Positions 40,631 to 50,529 of a stretch of 64,000 nucleotides of DNA are shown piece by piece. The notes beneath the pieces were generated by a model that saw only the letters and a program-made list of their open reading frames with translations, made no database searches and had not been told where the DNA came from. Each line of letters starts with the position of its first letter. Within the stretch, counting starts at the first letter, position 1. Source of the DNA: a bacterium. GTDB taxonomy: Bacteria; SAR324; XYD2-FULL-50-16; G965216635. The DNA is taken from positions 2,272,001-2,336,000 of the forward strand of contig OZ244188.1 of NCBI GenBank assembly GCA_965216635.1, in the 5' to 3' direction. Position numbers and translations under genes: made by a program.

Positions 40631-41604
40631 AATTTTTTTTAATTTCTCTTATTTCTATTCTTATTACATCCCTACTTGTTGTAGGAGGATTCTTTTTCTT
40701 TGCAAAGGAAAAAGAAGATATTTATACCGAAAAAAACTTTGTAGCTAATGTGAATGGGGAGGTTATCCATCTTGAAGATTTTAGAAAAAGATTGAATTTG
40801 GTTGTCAAAATCACCAAAATTCCTTACAACAATAAGCAATTTAATAAAAACAAATTTAAAAATATTATTCTTCAAAATTTAATAGAAGAAAAGTTATTGC
40901 TGAAAGAAGTGGAAAGATTGGGGATTGGTATTGATACAAACTTACTAGAAACACAGGTTTCAATAGCCTTTAGTTCTTTTACAGGTTATAATTCGGATTA
41001 CACTCTTTTCCAAAACAATGTGACCAAAGAAACTTGGCAAGATGCTTATGAAAAATCTTTAATCAAGCAAAGTTTTTATAATTATCTTAAAAAATCTATA
41101 AAAATTGACTCTCAAGAAATAGAAAACTACTATAAAGTTAACCCCAGAGATTTTGTCACTCCCAAGCAACACGAAATATTGCATCTTCAAGTAGATTCCG
41201 TAGAAGTAGCTCAATTCTTAGAAGGAAAAATTCAGAGAAATACGGATTTTGAGAAGCTCATTTTAGAATATTCTATTGCTGAACATAAATCTTACGAAGG
41301 AGGTAGTAGTTTTTTTGTTCAAGAAGGAAGCCTGCCTAAGCTATTCAACGATGCTATTTTTAAACTCACTCTGTCAGCCCCAACGACTCCAGTAATTCGC
41401 TCCGAATTTGGGTTTCATATTTTTCAATTAAAAACAGTATTGCCTAGAAAAAAATTATCTTTAGCAGAAGCATCACCTTTAATCGTAAAATCCATTCAAA
41501 AGCAAAAAATAGTAAAGGTCTACCAAAAATGGTTACTAGATAAAAAAAAACTATCAAAAATTCTCATTAACCAAAAGGTGTTAGAGGGGGAAATTGAAAT
41601 TTAA
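40627..41604 (+). CDS. PrsA/SurA-like parvulin peptidyl-prolyl isomerase
   Basis: N-terminal anchor, VANVNGEVI and SEFGFHI. Typical position after mfd. Confidence 0.8.
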   Translation: MKFFLISLISILITSLLVVGGFFFFAKEKEDIYTEKNFVANVNGEVIHLEDFRKRLNLVVKITKIPYNNKQFNKNKFKNIILQNLIEEKLLLKEVERLGIGIDTNLLETQVSIAFSSFTGYNSDYTLFQNNVTKETWQDAYEKSLIKQSFYNYLKKSIKIDSQEIENYYKVNPRDFVTPKQHEILHLQVDSVEVAQFLEGKIQRNTDFEKLILEYSIAEHKSYEGGSSFFVQEGSLPKLFNDAIFKLTLSAPTTPVIRSEFGFHIFQLKTVLPRKKLSLAEASPLIVKSIQKQKIVKVYQKWLLDKKKLSKILINQKVLEGEIEI

Positions 41605-42163
41605 AAGAAGAAAATCCAATAACCTTATTTTAATAGGATTTATGGGTGTTGGAAAAACTACAGTAGCCGAAATCTTAAAAGAAAAGCTAGCATTAAATGT
41701 TTTAGATAGTGATACAGAGATAGAAAGAACCGAAAAAAAAACTATCCTAGAAATTTTTAAAAAAGGAGAATTATTTTTTAGAGATTTAGAGACAAAATTT
41801 TTGATGAGTGCTCTGCACTTAAAAAATACTGTTTTGTCTGTTGGGGGAGGAATTATAGAGAGAGAAAAAAATTTAGCTCTACTTCAAAATCTAGGGACAG
41901 TTTTTTTTTTAGAGCTACCACTAGCTTTGCTTTGGCAAAGAATTAAGGAAGATAAAACAAGACCTAAAATTTTAGACAATTCCCGTCGTTCTAATATAGC
42001 CCAGTATAAAATAGATGATGAGCGAAGATTTTTGGAATTTGAAAAACTCTACTTTTCCCGTCTTTCTCAATACAAAAAAGCAGATTTCACCATTTTCATA
42101 AACAAAGAAACAGCGGAGCAGGTGGCGGATAAAATTATTGCAATTTATAAAAACCAACAATAA
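41594..42163 (+). CDS. aroK: Shikimate kinase
   Basis: IGFMGVGKTT, DSD, GELFFRDLE and GGG. Confidence 0.93.
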   Translation: MKFKRRKSNNLILIGFMGVGKTTVAEILKEKLALNVLDSDTEIERTEKKTILEIFKKGELFFRDLETKFLMSALHLKNTVLSVGGGIIEREKNLALLQNLGTVFFLELPLALLWQRIKEDKTRPKILDNSRRSNIAQYKIDDERRFLEFEKLYFSRLSQYKKADFTIFINKETAEQVADKIIAIYKNQQ

Positions 42164-42174
42164 ATAAATTCTAC

Positions 42175-42325
42175 TAGACTTTTGAATTTGCCAAATAGGA
42201 CAAAACTTGCTGTTTAGCCAAAACAGGTTTATTGTTTTTAAGCCAATACAGGCTTTGCAGTCTATATTGTGTTAGCTTTAAGTTTGCGGTGCCCCGATCC
42301 CATTATTGTGGCACTACGCCATTTT
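42175..42325. mobile_element. MITE-like element, partial
   Basis: Starts tagacttttgaatttgccaaataggacaaaac and shares cattattgtggcactacg with the 35431 copy. Confidence 0.6.
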
Positions 42326-42362
42326 CAAATGGTTTAATTATTTTTTTAAAAAACTCAAGCAA

Positions 42363-42977
42363 ATGAATAGCAAAATTTCTTTTTTCAAAAAAATCTGGGA
42401 TTCTATTATTCTAGGTGAGAAACTGGAAACTATAATCATTATTCTTTCTGGACCCTCTGCTATTGGAAAAAGCACAGTAGCAGCATTGTTGCTAAAAAAT
42501 TATCCTAATATGCAGAGAGTAATAACAGCTACTTCTAGGAAGCCTCGCACTTATGAAACAAAAGTGGATTATATTTTTTTGACAGAAAAAAAATTTAAAA
42601 ACCAAATTTTAAGAAATGCTTTTTTAGAATATTCTCAAGTCTATGGTTTTTATTATGGTATCTTAAAAAAAGAATTCAGGAAGGTTCAAAAAAAATTTCT
42701 CTATACTTTACTGATATTAGACACAGCAGGTTCCCAAAAAATCATGGATTATGCAAAAAAAAAAAATATACAATGTAAAAGTATATTTTTAATGACAAAA
42801 TCTATCCAGATTATAGAAGAGCGTATGAAACTCAGGGGAGATGACAAAAAACAAAGGGTTGATAGACTCAAAAAAATAGAAAAAGAATTGGAAATGGTGA
42901 AAAAATTTGACAAAAAAATTTATAACGACAACCTAGAGACCTGTTTTCAACAGTTACAAAATTTTATAGACCTCTGA
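42363..42977 (+). CDS. gmk: Guanylate kinase
   Basis: SGPSAIGKST, TSRKPR, DYIF and FLEY...YYG. Confidence 0.88.
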   Translation: MNSKISFFKKIWDSIILGEKLETIIIILSGPSAIGKSTVAALLLKNYPNMQRVITATSRKPRTYETKVDYIFLTEKKFKNQILRNAFLEYSQVYGFYYGILKKEFRKVQKKFLYTLLILDTAGSQKIMDYAKKKNIQCKSIFLMTKSIQIIEERMKLRGDDKKQRVDRLKKIEKELEMVKKFDKKIYNDNLETCFQQLQNFIDL

Positions 42978-43086
42978 ATTTGCGTTCTGTTTAGCCTATG
43001 CAGCAAAAATTTTTTCGCACTTTTCTAACCATTTGGCTAGCCATCACAGCTGGTTTTGTCCTAATTTGGCAAATTCAAAAGGTCTA
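42967..43086. mobile_element. MITE-like element
   Basis: tagacctctgaattt ... aattcaaaaggtcta. Its left end supplies the gmk stop codon. Confidence 0.65.
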
Positions 43087-43114
43087 TTTTATCCATTCTG
43101 ATGTTTGAAAGTTT

Positions 43115-44014
43115 TTGAAATTGGAAAATTTTATTCTCAATCTTTATAAACCTCCCAGTTTAAGTAGTAATCAAGCTAGTAATTGCTTAAAAAGGCATTG
43201 GGGTAGGCAAAAAATGGGACATCTAGGCACCCTAGATCCTATGGCTGAGGGAGTTTTGCCTATTTTTGGAGGTAAATATACTAGACTCATTCCCTATTTT
43301 CAAGATAATCCAAAAACTTATTTTGCCAAAATAGAAATTGGAGCCTCGTCTGATAGTTTAGACAAAGAAAGCGAGGTTAGTTATTCTCTCGTGCAACCTT
43401 TTTCACCTCAAAAAATAAAGGAAGTTCTGCAATCTTTTATTGGAACTATTCAACAGGAGGCTCCTCAGTACTCTGCTTTAAAGTATAAAGGAAAACCTAT
43501 GTATTATTATGCTTTAAAAAAAATCACAGTCCCTAAAAAAATTAAAGAAATTACTATAGATACTATTGATTTGATAAATTACCGACACCCTATTCTTGAG
43601 ATAGAAGTTTGTTGCTCTAAAGGCACTTATATTCGGAGCCTCGCCAGAGATATAGGGCAAAGACTGAACTCTTGCGCTATACTTATTTTTTTACAAAGAA
43701 AATCTATTGGAAATCAATTTACTCTAAAAAACTCTATTTCTCTTGACCAAATCCTCAAACAGCAGTATAATACAGATTTTATATTAGATATTCATAAATT
43801 ATTGCAAGGGTTTCGGTATTTGAGTCTAACTAGAGAGCAAATAGCAGAAATATCTTTAGGAAAAGAAGTAGTAATCAATAACTTGCCTAATATATTAAAA
43901 GCAGAACAACCTGTTTTTTCTTTTTCTGAAAAAGGTTGTTTAATTGCTGCAGGATGTTTTAAATTAGCGGAGAATAAAAAGTTATTTTTTTACCCTAATA
44001 AATTATTTATTTGA
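43115..44014 (+). CDS. truB: tRNA pseudouridine(55) synthase
   Basis: GHLGTLDPMAEGVL, PQYSALK and CSKGTYIRSL. Confidence 0.95.
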   Translation: MKLENFILNLYKPPSLSSNQASNCLKRHWGRQKMGHLGTLDPMAEGVLPIFGGKYTRLIPYFQDNPKTYFAKIEIGASSDSLDKESEVSYSLVQPFSPQKIKEVLQSFIGTIQQEAPQYSALKYKGKPMYYYALKKITVPKKIKEITIDTIDLINYRHPILEIEVCCSKGTYIRSLARDIGQRLNSCAILIFLQRKSIGNQFTLKNSISLDQILKQQYNTDFILDIHKLLQGFRYLSLTREQIAEISLGKEVVINNLPNILKAEQPVFSFSEKGCLIAAGCFKLAENKKLFFYPNKLFI

Positions 44015-44102
44015 AATTTCAATTCATAATGAGAATGTCTCAAAAAAAAAACTTTACTTATTAAAAAAATAATACTATAATAACAACAACTTAAATTAAA
44101 TA

Positions 44103-44390
44103 ATGCTGACAAAAGAAGAAAAGAGTAATATCGTTAAGAAATACGGAAAAAAAGGAACTAAAGTAGATTCAGGTTTAGCTTCTGTGCAAATTGCCCTGAT
44201 GACAGCCAAAATCGCTTACCTAAACGAACACTTTAAAACTCATAAGAAGGATCACTCATCTCGTAGAAGCCTATTCAAGTTAGTAGGAAAGAGAGTGAAA
44301 TTCTTGCAGTATTTACAAAAAAATAATCGCGAAGAATATAAAAACCTTACAAAAAATCTAGGTTTAGAAAAGAAACGTTCTAAAGCCTAA
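44103..44390 (+). CDS. rpsO: 30S ribosomal protein S15
   Basis: DSG..SVQIA and HKKDHSSRR. Typical truB-rpsO-pnp order. Confidence 0.95.
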   Translation: MLTKEEKSNIVKKYGKKGTKVDSGLASVQIALMTAKIAYLNEHFKTHKKDHSSRRSLFKLVGKRVKFLQYLQKNNREEYKNLTKNLGLEKKRSKA

Positions 44391-44454
44391 GTATTTTTAT
44401 TTGTAGATTTTATTTTTTCCCAACTAAAAATGAGATATTTGAATTAGTATAGAC

Positions 44455-44549
44455 TAGACCTTTGAATTTCGCTGATGTGACGGCTAGGCAAGAGTTAAAA
44501 AAATTTTCAACGCTGCATTGGCTAAACAGAACGTAAATTCAAAAGTCTA
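44455..44549. mobile_element. MITE-like element, inverted orientation
   Basis: tagacctttgaattt ... aaattcaaaagtcta. Confidence 0.7.
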
Positions 44550-44740
44550 TTAGTATTATGTGACAGCTAAATTTTTAAAAAAAAGGAGTATACAGTCCAA
44601 GCGAAATTCTAAAAAACTGAAATCTTATAGCAACGACTTAACTGCCTGCATTGTTGTGTAGAAGACGAATTTCCCACAAATTTTTTAACCTTGCATAAGC
44701 TAAACTTTGGTAAGCTAATTCAAAAGCCTCAAAATATAAA

Positions 44741-46819
44741 ATGAATAAAATAGAAATTGATTTTTTGGATAATAAACTTGTTTTAGAAACAGGTAAATTA
44801 GCCAAACAAGCTAACGGTGCTGTTACAATTCAACACGGCAAAACTGTGATTTTGACTACAGCTGTTAGCAACGATACAGCAGGTCCCGATGTGGGTTTTT
44901 TCCCTTTAACCTGCCAATTTTTGATGAAATATTACTCCCACGGTAAATTTCCTGGGGGTTTTATCAAAAGAGAAAATAGACCATCAGATCACGAAATTTT
45001 AATGTCTCGTCTAATGGATAGACCTATTAGACCTTTATTTGAAAAGTGGTTCGCAGCAGAAACCCAAGTTATCAGCACTGTCTTAAGCTACGACAAGGCT
45101 TGTTCTCCAGAATCTTTTGCAATACTAGGAGCATCTGCGAGTTTAATGCTCTCCGATATGCCTTTTTCACAGCCTATTGCAGGTGTCCGAGTAGGCTATG
45201 TCAACGAGCAATTTGTAGCAAACGCTCATCCTGCTGTGATGAAAGATAGCGCTTTAAATTTATTTATGGTTGCCAGCAAAGATGCGATTGTTATGGTAGA
45301 AGCCCACGCCGATCAGGTCAGCGAGGAAATTATGTTGGAAGCGTTGGATTTTGGATATAATACCGTCCAACCCCTAATTCAAATACAAGAAGAATTGGTA
45401 AAAATTGCAGGAAAAACAAAAAAACAAGCCCCCCCAGAGCCAGAATCAGTTGTAGATAGTGCAGAAATTTCTGCAGCAATTGGTGCTGAATTAAAAAAGG
45501 CATTGTTTGAAGAAACAAAGATAGAAAGAAATAAATTAGTGGCTCAAGTGAAGGCATCAGCTATAGAAAAATATGCAGCGGATGATGAAAAAAAACAAAA
45601 GGCGGTAACTCTTCTTTTGAACGAAATGACGAAAAAAATCATCCGTCAAGAAATACTGGAGAATCAAAAAAGAGTAGATGCAAGAACAAGCAAAGATATT
45701 CGTCCTATTACTTGTGAATTAGGAATACTCCCCAATGCACACGGTTCCGCTTTATTTACTCGCGGTGAAACTCAGGCTTTAGTTACTTTAACTTTGGGTA
45801 CGAAAGAAGACGCTCAAATTATAGACAATGGAATTAGTAATGAACAAAAAAGATTTTATCTGCATTATAATTTTCCTTCTTATTCTGTAGGCGAAGCAAG
45901 ACGTATGGGACCTCCCAATCGCAGAGAAATCGGACATGGTAGGCTAGCAGAAAAAAGTATTCAAAGCCTACTTCCAGTTCCAGATCAAAATTTTCCTTAT
46001 ACAATTCGGTTAGTATCAGAAATTTTGGAATCCAATGGTTCTTCTTCTATGGCAACCGTTTGTGGTTCTAGTCTAGCTTTAATGGATGGTGGTGTTCCTC
46101 TAACTACGGCTGTTGCCGGTATTGCAATGGGGCTAGTCAAAGAAGGTGATAAATATATTATTTTAAGCGACATACTTGGAGATGAAGATCATGTAGGGGA
46201 TATGGATTTTAAGGTTGCAGGCACAAATGAAGGCATTACTGGCTTACAGATGGATATTAAAATTGCAGGATTGTCCCAAGATTTACTTAAAGAAGCTTTG
46301 ACGCAAGCAAAAGAAGGGCGGTTGCATATTTTAGATAATATGAACGGAATCATTAGCGAATCTAAATCCACTCTTGCGAGCAATGCTCCGCGTTATGTTC
46401 AATATAAAGTAGATACTGCTAAAATTAAAAAAATTATTGGCACAGGAGGACAAACTATAAAAAGTATTGTCAGCCAAACAGGTGTAAAAATAGATATTTC
46501 AGATAATGGAATGGTCAATATTGCAGCTTACGACCAAAAAAGCGCCGAAGCAGCACTCAATATTATTCAGAGTCTAACCAAAGAATTAGAGCCAGGTGAA
46601 GTCTACGAAGGGGTTGTAAAAAAAGTAACAAGCTACGGAGCTTACCTAGAATGTTTGCCTGGTATAGATGGTTATCTTCATATAGCAGATATAACCCACA
46701 GACATGTGGACGATATTTCGGACTATCTCAAGGACGGACAGGTAGTAAAAGTGAGGGCACAAGCCCACCGTGACAAACGAGGGAATGTAAGACTTTCCTC
46801 TAAAGAATTTATGGATTAA
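44741..46819 (+). CDS. pnp: Polyribonucleotide nucleotidyltransferase
   Basis: FFPLT, FTRGETQ, RREIGHG, ESNGSSS and GDMDFKVAG, then KH and S1 domains. Confidence 0.98.
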   Translation: MNKIEIDFLDNKLVLETGKLAKQANGAVTIQHGKTVILTTAVSNDTAGPDVGFFPLTCQFLMKYYSHGKFPGGFIKRENRPSDHEILMSRLMDRPIRPLFEKWFAAETQVISTVLSYDKACSPESFAILGASASLMLSDMPFSQPIAGVRVGYVNEQFVANAHPAVMKDSALNLFMVASKDAIVMVEAHADQVSEEIMLEALDFGYNTVQPLIQIQEELVKIAGKTKKQAPPEPESVVDSAEISAAIGAELKKALFEETKIERNKLVAQVKASAIEKYAADDEKKQKAVTLLLNEMTKKIIRQEILENQKRVDARTSKDIRPITCELGILPNAHGSALFTRGETQALVTLTLGTKEDAQIIDNGISNEQKRFYLHYNFPSYSVGEARRMGPPNRREIGHGRLAEKSIQSLLPVPDQNFPYTIRLVSEILESNGSSSMATVCGSSLALMDGGVPLTTAVAGIAMGLVKEGDKYIILSDILGDEDHVGDMDFKVAGTNEGITGLQMDIKIAGLSQDLLKEALTQAKEGRLHILDNMNGIISESKSTLASNAPRYVQYKVDTAKIKKIIGTGGQTIKSIVSQTGVKIDISDNGMVNIAAYDQKSAEAALNIIQSLTKELEPGEVYEGVVKKVTSYGAYLECLPGIDGYLHIADITHRHVDDISDYLKDGQVVKVRAQAHRDKRGNVRLSSKEFMD

Positions 46820-46867
46820 AAACTTAGCTATTCAAAAAAATTATCCCTAAAATTATCCCTTAGAATT

Positions 46868-46940
46868 GTCCCCGTAGTTCAATTGGATAGAACAGAGGAT
46901 TCCTAATCTTCAAATACAGGTTCAATTCCTGTCGGGGATA
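46868..46940 (+). tRNA. tRNA-Arg (anticodon CCT)
   Basis: Acceptor GTCCCCG/CGGGGAT, anticodon arm GAGGA-TTCCTAA-TCTTC, T-loop GGTTCAATTCC. CCA not encoded. Confidence 0.92.
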
Positions 46941-47032
46941 GTTTTTTATAAGTTTTTGAGCTAAAAAAGCAGCATTGGTGATTTGCGATTAAGGCTGGGG
47001 AAGATCCTGAAGTTGCTTGCTAAAAATAAATT

Positions 47033-48205
47033 ATGGTAAAAAATAAAGAAATTTTTTTATTTCCATTATTTATAATTGCATTTTTCTTGTCTTTTGTTTT
47101 CTTTGATTTTCAGCTATACGAAAATAAAGCAAACTATTCCATTAATATCAGACAAGCCCCCAGCACAAAAAGTAAAGTTGTTGCTTCCTTATCATCACAA
47201 AAAACTGTTTTTCAAATCAAACAAAAACAAGATTGGTCTTCAGTAATCCATAAAAAATACGGCTTTATCTACAATCCCCTCCTTTCAAAAAAACAAATCC
47301 TTGTTTTTGAAACAAATATCAACAATAAAACTTTTTTCTCTTTTCTACTTGGAGCATTATTAGTCGTAATTATTTATTTTCCTATTATTCTATTTCGGTT
47401 TATTTCCCAAAAACTCCAAGAAAAAAAAGATGAATTTTCCCAAAAACTCCAAGAAATAGAAAATGAATTTTCCCAAAAACTCCAAGAAAAAATAGAAAAA
47501 GAATTTTCCCGAAAACTCCAAGAAAAAGAAAAAGAATTTTCCCAAAAACTCCAAGACAAAGAAAAAGAAGTGATTAAACTTCAAAATAAACTGTCTGAAT
47601 CAGAAAAAAAAGTGATTGAACTTCAAAATAAACTGTCTGAATCAGAAAAAAAAGGGCGTAATTTTGAAAACTATGTTGTTGGAAAAATAGATAAAACTCT
47701 CGAATTTATTAGGTGGAGAAGTGATAAATGTATAGCCTCCAGTAAAAGTGTTATATATCCCAGTGATTCTCTATACCCAGATTTATTAATTTCCTACACC
47801 AATCAATCTGATGAAAAACAAAAATTTGCTATAGAATGTAAGTGGAGAAAAAAATGGTGGGAAAAAATAGAAAAAGAACGAGAAAAACAAGAAGGATTTC
47901 TCCTAGAATGTAAGCAATTGGAAAATTATGCAGAATATGCAGCTAAAAATAGCATACCTGTATTTCTTGTGATTGGAATAGGAGGAAATTCAAAAAAAAT
48001 TTATGATTCTAAAGCTGAAGAAATCAAACCTGACGAGTTATTTATTATTTCTCTTGATGATTTTGAAAAAATTTCATGTGGACATAATTATAAAAGTGTG
48101 GAATATAAATTTATAAATACTAAAAAACTTGAAAAATACGATATTTCTGATTTTGAAGAAAATTTTTTTTTTATAACCCCCAAGATTCTAAAAAACTTGT
48201 TATGA
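47033..48205 (+). CDS. Membrane protein: SH3-like domain, TM, coiled-coil repeats and PD-(D/E)XK nuclease domain
   Basis: INIRQAPST.SKVV...W...YGFI (SH3b-like), a second TM, FSQKLQE repeats, and GRNFE...PDL...IECKWR. Confidence 0.65.
   Translation: MVKNKEIFLFPLFIIAFFLSFVFFDFQLYENKANYSINIRQAPSTKSKVVASLSSQKTVFQIKQKQDWSSVIHKKYGFIYNPLLSKKQILVFETNINNKTFFSFLLGALLVVIIYFPIILFRFISQKLQEKKDEFSQKLQEIENEFSQKLQEKIEKEFSRKLQEKEKEFSQKLQDKEKEVIKLQNKLSESEKKVIELQNKLSESEKKGRNFENYVVGKIDKTLEFIRWRSDKCIASSKSVIYPSDSLYPDLLISYTNQSDEKQKFAIECKWRKKWWEKIEKEREKQEGFLLECKQLENYAEYAAKNSIPVFLVIGIGGNSKKIYDSKAEEIKPDELFIISLDDFEKISCGHNYKSVEYKFINTKKLEKYDISDFEENFFFITPKILKNLL
47403..47653 (+). repeat. Intragenic in-frame tandem repeats (five 33-36-bp units, two 42-bp units)
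   Basis: ttcccaaaaactccaag repeats, then gtgatt.aacttcaaaataaactgtctgaatcag twice. Confidence 0.85.
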
Positions 48206-48242
48206 GGTAAAAATAAAGACAAAAAATTTTTCTTACAGGATA

Positions 48243-49331
48243 CTAGACAATAATGCCTCCACCAATTACCTGCTCTCCGCTATAAAAGACAGCACCCTGC
48301 CCAGGACTGATGTCTTCTACTTCTTGTTCAAATTCTACTAAGTAACGATTATTCTCATTGCAGACAAGACGAGCTGGATTTTCTTGCGATTGGTAGCGAA
48401 TTTTTGCATTGACTTGCATTTGTTTTTGCAACGATTTTCCGCTAATAAAATGCACCCTTTCTATAAAAAAAGATTTTTTCTTTCTTTCTTCTGTGAATCC
48501 TACAATCAGCTGGTTTTTTGTTTGGTTTTTTCCTATTACAAAAAGTGGTTTTTTAGCAGAAATTCCTAATCCTTTCCTTTGCCCCACGGTATAAGCCATA
48601 AGTCCTTGATGCTCTCCTAAAACCTCTCCACGAGAATTGATGATTTCCCCTTTTTTCATTTTGTCTTCTACTTGCCTTTCAAAAAATCCTCTGACGCCAT
48701 CGTCACCTAAAAAACAAAGGTCTTGGCTATCTTTTTTTTGTGATACTGGAAAACCGCACTCTTTCGCTATTTCCCTTACCTCTTCTTTACAAAGTTCTCC
48801 TAAAGGAAAAAGACTTGTTGCTAATTGCTCTTGATTCAAACGGTGTAGCATATAGCTCTGGTCTTTTTTTTTGTCTTTGGCTTTTAAAAGTTGATAACCA
48901 TCGCTATTTTCTTTGATCCGAACGTAATGCCCCGTAGCTAAAAAATCTGAGTCCAGCTTCAAAGCTTCCTTTCTAAGGTGAGAAAAACGCACCTTTTGAT
49001 TGCAAAAAAAACAAGGATTGGGAGTAAGACCTTTCATAGATTCTTCTAAAAAATAATCTACGACGATTTCTTTAAAAATATTTTGATAATTTAATATGTA
49101 AAAAGGTATATTCAACATTCCTGCTATATTTCTAGCATCTTTCATAGCTTGTGAGGAACAGCATTTATTGACTACTTGTTTTTCAGACCAGATTCGTAGC
49201 ATAATACCTATAACATCGTAGCCTTTTCTTTTTAGTAAAGCAGCAGCTACAGAACTATCTACGCCCCCGCTCATAGCGACGACGACTTTTTTTTGTGTTT
49301 TACTATTTTTTTTATGGTTATTATACGTCAT
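48243..49331 (-). CDS. mnmA: tRNA 2-thiouridylase
   Basis: AMSGGVDSS, TPNPC, ATGHY, KDQSY, SQDLCF and PGQ. Confidence 0.96.
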   Translation of the reverse strand: MTYNNHKKNSKTQKKVVVAMSGGVDSSVAAALLKRKGYDVIGIMLRIWSEKQVVNKCCSSQAMKDARNIAGMLNIPFYILNYQNIFKEIVVDYFLEESMKGLTPNPCFFCNQKVRFSHLRKEALKLDSDFLATGHYVRIKENSDGYQLLKAKDKKKDQSYMLHRLNQEQLATSLFPLGELCKEEVREIAKECGFPVSQKKDSQDLCFLGDDGVRGFFERQVEDKMKKGEIINSRGEVLGEHQGLMAYTVGQRKGLGISAKKPLFVIGKNQTKNQLIVGFTEERKKKSFFIERVHFISGKSLQKQMQVNAKIRYQSQENPARLVCNENNRYLVEFEQEVEDISPGQGAVFYSGEQVIGGGIIV

Positions 49332-49344
49332 ATTTTTTAAGCTA

Positions 49345-50529
49345 GTGATATTCTCCAAACAAGTTCAAGATAAAAACGCCCGTGCAGGTTTAATTAATAT
49401 TCAAGGAATCCGTGTTCCTACACCAGTTTTTATGCCTGTAGGCACTCAGGCTACTGTAAAAGCAATCAACGTTAGAGAATTAGAAGAAATAGACTATTCT
49501 ATTATTTTAAGCAATAGTTATCATCTGTATTTGAGACCCAGCGACGAACTTATTCAAAAAATGGGCGGTCTCCATCGGTTTATGAACTGGAACAGATTGA
49601 TTTTAACCGATAGTGGTGGTTTTCAGCTGTTTTCATTGAAAAAATTAAGAAAAAAAATTTCTGAAGAGGGGGTTACTTTTCAAAGTCATTTAGATGGTAG
49701 TAGTCATTTTTTGAGCCCCGAAAAAGTAATAAAAATACAGCAAAATCTAGGTTCTGATATTATGATGGTTTTAGACGAATGTTTAGAGCCGTGTAGTAGT
49801 TATGAAGATACAAAAAAATCTTGCGACTTAACGCTCCATTGGGCAAAAAGATCTTACTTAGAAAAAGAAAATTTAGCTAAAAAGAGCGAATTTCTAGAAA
49901 AAGAGAGTAAGCCCTCTAAAAAAGATTCTGCAGGCTACAGCCACAAAAAGCAAAAACTATTTGGAATTATACAAGGGGGATTATATAAAGATTTAAGAAA
50001 AGACTGTTTACAAAGGCTTGCAGAAATTTCTTTTGATGGTTATGCTATTGGCGGATTAAGTGTAGGAGAATCCAAAGCAGAAATGTATTCTATGTTGCAA
50101 TTTATTACTCCTCAAATGGATGCGGAAAAACCAAGATATTTAATGGGGGTCGGGCATCCTTTAGATATTCTCTCAGGAGTGGAAAGTGGTATAGATATGT
50201 TTGATTCTGTTTTGGCAACCCGCAACGCCCGTAATGGTTCATTGCTGACATCTTACGGGTGGTTATCCATAAAGAAAAAAGATTTTGAAAAAGATGCAAA
50301 CCCTATTGATTCGGGGTGCTCTTGTATAGTATGTAAAAAATATAGTCGCGCCTATATAAGACATCTTTTCCGCTCTAATGAATTTTTAAGTGCACAACTC
50401 AATAGTTACCACAATCTTTATTTTATGAAATCTTTTATGGATAGTTTGAGAAAATCTATTTTAGAAAAAAAATTTTCTGCATTTAAAAAAGAATTTTCGT
50501 TAAAATTTTCTTCTCAACAGTTGCAATGA
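49345..50529 (+). CDS. tgt: tRNA-guanine transglycosylase
   Basis: TPVFMPVGT, TDSGGFQ, GGLSVGE, RYLMGVG and the C-terminal Zn motif. Confidence 0.96.
   Translation: MIFSKQVQDKNARAGLINIQGIRVPTPVFMPVGTQATVKAINVRELEEIDYSIILSNSYHLYLRPSDELIQKMGGLHRFMNWNRLILTDSGGFQLFSLKKLRKKISEEGVTFQSHLDGSSHFLSPEKVIKIQQNLGSDIMMVLDECLEPCSSYEDTKKSCDLTLHWAKRSYLEKENLAKKSEFLEKESKPSKKDSAGYSHKKQKLFGIIQGGLYKDLRKDCLQRLAEISFDGYAIGGLSVGESKAEMYSMLQFITPQMDAEKPRYLMGVGHPLDILSGVESGIDMFDSVLATRNARNGSLLTSYGWLSIKKKDFEKDANPIDSGCSCIVCKKYSRAYIRHLFRSNEFLSAQLNSYHNLYFMKSFMDSLRKSILEKKFSAFKKEFSLKFSSQQLQ

Noticed and set aside
46941..48243. Integrative element at tRNA-Arg
   Set aside because: No integrase and no duplicated tRNA 3' end found in the window.
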